DNA of 64,000 bases from a virus: positions 56,931 to 120,930 of the IMG/VR virus record IMGVR_UViG_3300028920_000041; one strand, given 5' to 3'. The notes below the pieces were generated by a model. That model saw only the letters and a list, made by a program, of their open reading frames with translations. It was not told the origin of the DNA and ran no database searches. Made by a program: the position numbers and the translations under genes. Positions 62,913-64,000 of the stretch are shown in pieces (position 1 is the stretch's first letter; every line of letters starts with the position of its first letter).

Positions 62913-63863
62913 ATGTTTAAGCTCATCTCATCTTTGGGCAACTACAGACAAACGACAACAGGGGAATACAACTTCTGTTGTCCTCTATGTGTTCGCAGGG
63001 TAGGGCAACCTGATAAGAATTATCATCTCTATGTCAACCCTACACGGTACCTCTACGGGATCCGAGGTTGGTTCTATTGCCACCGATGCAAGGCGAAAGG
63101 ACCCCTACATAGACTACTCAACAATAGCGATACATCAAACCATGCTGTATCAGAATGGTCATCTTTTGTCTTAAAGCTAAGGGGAGCGTTTAAGAAAGAA
63201 AAAGAGCCTAAGCCTAGTGTGTCTTTGCCGAAAGACTACGTAGAGATGATCCAGGGTACACAGGCTTATGAATACTTGCAGAAAAGGGCTATCACAGACG
63301 CTCAAATAGAGTTTTACAAGATTGGTTTTGGAGTAAAAGACATAAGACAGCTCGAAAAAGAAGACAGGCCGAACTATGCTGGCAGTGGCCGAATCATCTT
63401 TCCAGACTATGATGATGATGGGGATTGTGTTTATTGGGTTGCCAGGACGTACAAAGGCCACAAAGTAAAGTACAAGAATCCAGCAAAGAGCAATGCACGG
63501 GATAAGATCTTCAACTTGTCAAAGGCATCAAGGTACCAAACCTGTGTTATTGCGGAAGGGGTTATATCTGCTATTGCCTGTGGGTATAATGGCATTGCTA
63601 CTTACGGGAAAGAGGTTACTCAGCAGCAAATAGATATGCTTGTGTCAGTGAGTTTCGATCATTACCATATAGCTCATGATGGGGATGCTCGTAAGGAGTC
63701 GTTGCATTTGGCAGAAAGGCTGTCCTGCAGAGGGTGTGATGTTTCTTTGGTCTGTTTCAGTAGAGACGAAGATCCAGCTAGTGTTAGTAATATGCTAGAG
63801 AGAATTCAAGGATCTATGTCGCTATCTTTTAAGAACAAACTAAGGTTTAAATTAGGGTATTAG
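62913..63863 (+). CDS. DNA primase (Zn finger plus TOPRIM)
   Basis: CPLC...CHRC Zn domain; YL.KR.IT; IIFP; YW.AR; AEG; HDGD TOPRIM motifs; after the helicase. Confidence 0.88.
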   Translation: MFKLISSLGNYRQTTTGEYNFCCPLCVRRVGQPDKNYHLYVNPTRYLYGIRGWFYCHRCKAKGPLHRLLNNSDTSNHAVSEWSSFVLKLRGAFKKEKEPKPSVSLPKDYVEMIQGTQAYEYLQKRAITDAQIEFYKIGFGVKDIRQLEKEDRPNYAGSGRIIFPDYDDDGDCVYWVARTYKGHKVKYKNPAKSNARDKIFNLSKASRYQTCVIAEGVISAIACGYNGIATYGKEVTQQQIDMLVSVSFDHYHIAHDGDARKESLHLAERLSCRGCDVSLVCFSRDEDPASVSNMLERIQGSMSLSFKNKLRFKLGY

Positions 63864-63876
63864 TTTTAGATATGAC

Positions 63877-63905
63877 TTGACATCAAACTGGAAGTGGTCT
63901 ATAAG
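63877..63905 (+). promoter_or_regulatory. Sigma70-type promoter
   Basis: TTGACA (63877-63882), 17-nt spacer, TATAAG (63900-63905), then AAGGGG and ATG 63918. Confidence 0.6.
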
Positions 63906-63917
63906 AAGGGGTTTCGA

Positions 63918-64000
63918 ATGAGAGCTTTACGGATACGGATGGTAGGCAAGCAGGACGTTAATAAGGATGATTACTATTTTACGACTACTCATGTTCCTGC
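63918..64000 (+). CDS. ORF start truncated by window end
   Basis: MRALRIRMVGKQDVNKDDYYFTTTHVP, open to the edge; RBS and promoter upstream. Confidence 0.45.
   Translation, partial: MRALRIRMVGKQDVNKDDYYFTTTHVP

Noticed and set aside
679-63461. Numerous short minus-strand and alternate-frame ORFs in the track
   Set aside because: They are shadows of long, motif-bearing + strand genes and lack RBS or motifs. The exception is 22753-23085, which lies in an intergenic gap.
63540-63700. Inactive primase (EGVISA instead of EGxxDA)
   Set aside because: The Glu and the DGD motif are retained; one substitution is not enough to call loss of function without an alignment.
1-64000. Alternative genetic code (stop-codon recoding as in some large phages)
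   Set aside because: Genes tile densely under the standard code, and TAA, TAG and TGA all terminate recognisable full-length proteins.
1-64000. tRNA genes, group I introns, integrase, terminase
   Set aside because: No cloverleaf or intron-like interruptions or corresponding protein motifs were noticed by eye; tRNAscan-SE and Infernal would be needed to exclude RNA genes formally.

Overview
The window is a 64 kb piece of a large T4-like (gp23/gp20/gp18/gp19-type) contractile-tailed dsDNA phage. It is read with the standard bacterial code and is almost entirely on the + strand. Gene order: accessory virion proteins (1-9.3 kb); small putative internal-head genes with a ParB-domain protein, a nucleotide-modification/MazG-like protein and a SAM-decarboxylase-like gene (9.4-14 kb); prohead protease-scaffold fusion and major capsid protein; neck and tail completion; sheath, tube, chaperone and tape measure; baseplate, two gp25 paralogs, fibres/spikes and a 1928-aa virion protein (27-51 kb); holin/spanin-like genes; a ~900 bp non-coding repeat locus (52.6-53.5 kb); M23 peptidase; portal carrying an HNH-type intein; Mu gpF-like head protein; and the start of the replication module (UvsW-like helicase, gp41/DnaB helicase, primase). 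No terminase, tRNA, integrase or CRISPR array was seen. Best leads: (1) an origin-like locus with a perfect DnaA box plus repeats pairing DnaA-box-like 9-mers with CTA-triplet runs resembling DnaA-trios; (2) a shared ~20-aa motif in four unrelated small proteins upstream of the head protease, a candidate capsid-targeting signal; (3) a start-less ORF reachable by a +1 shift at UUU-UUU-CGU after the tail chaperone; (4) an Ig domain whose last strand appears to be encoded at the N-terminus of the next gene; (5) the portal intein. All product calls come from motif recognition by eye, not database searches.
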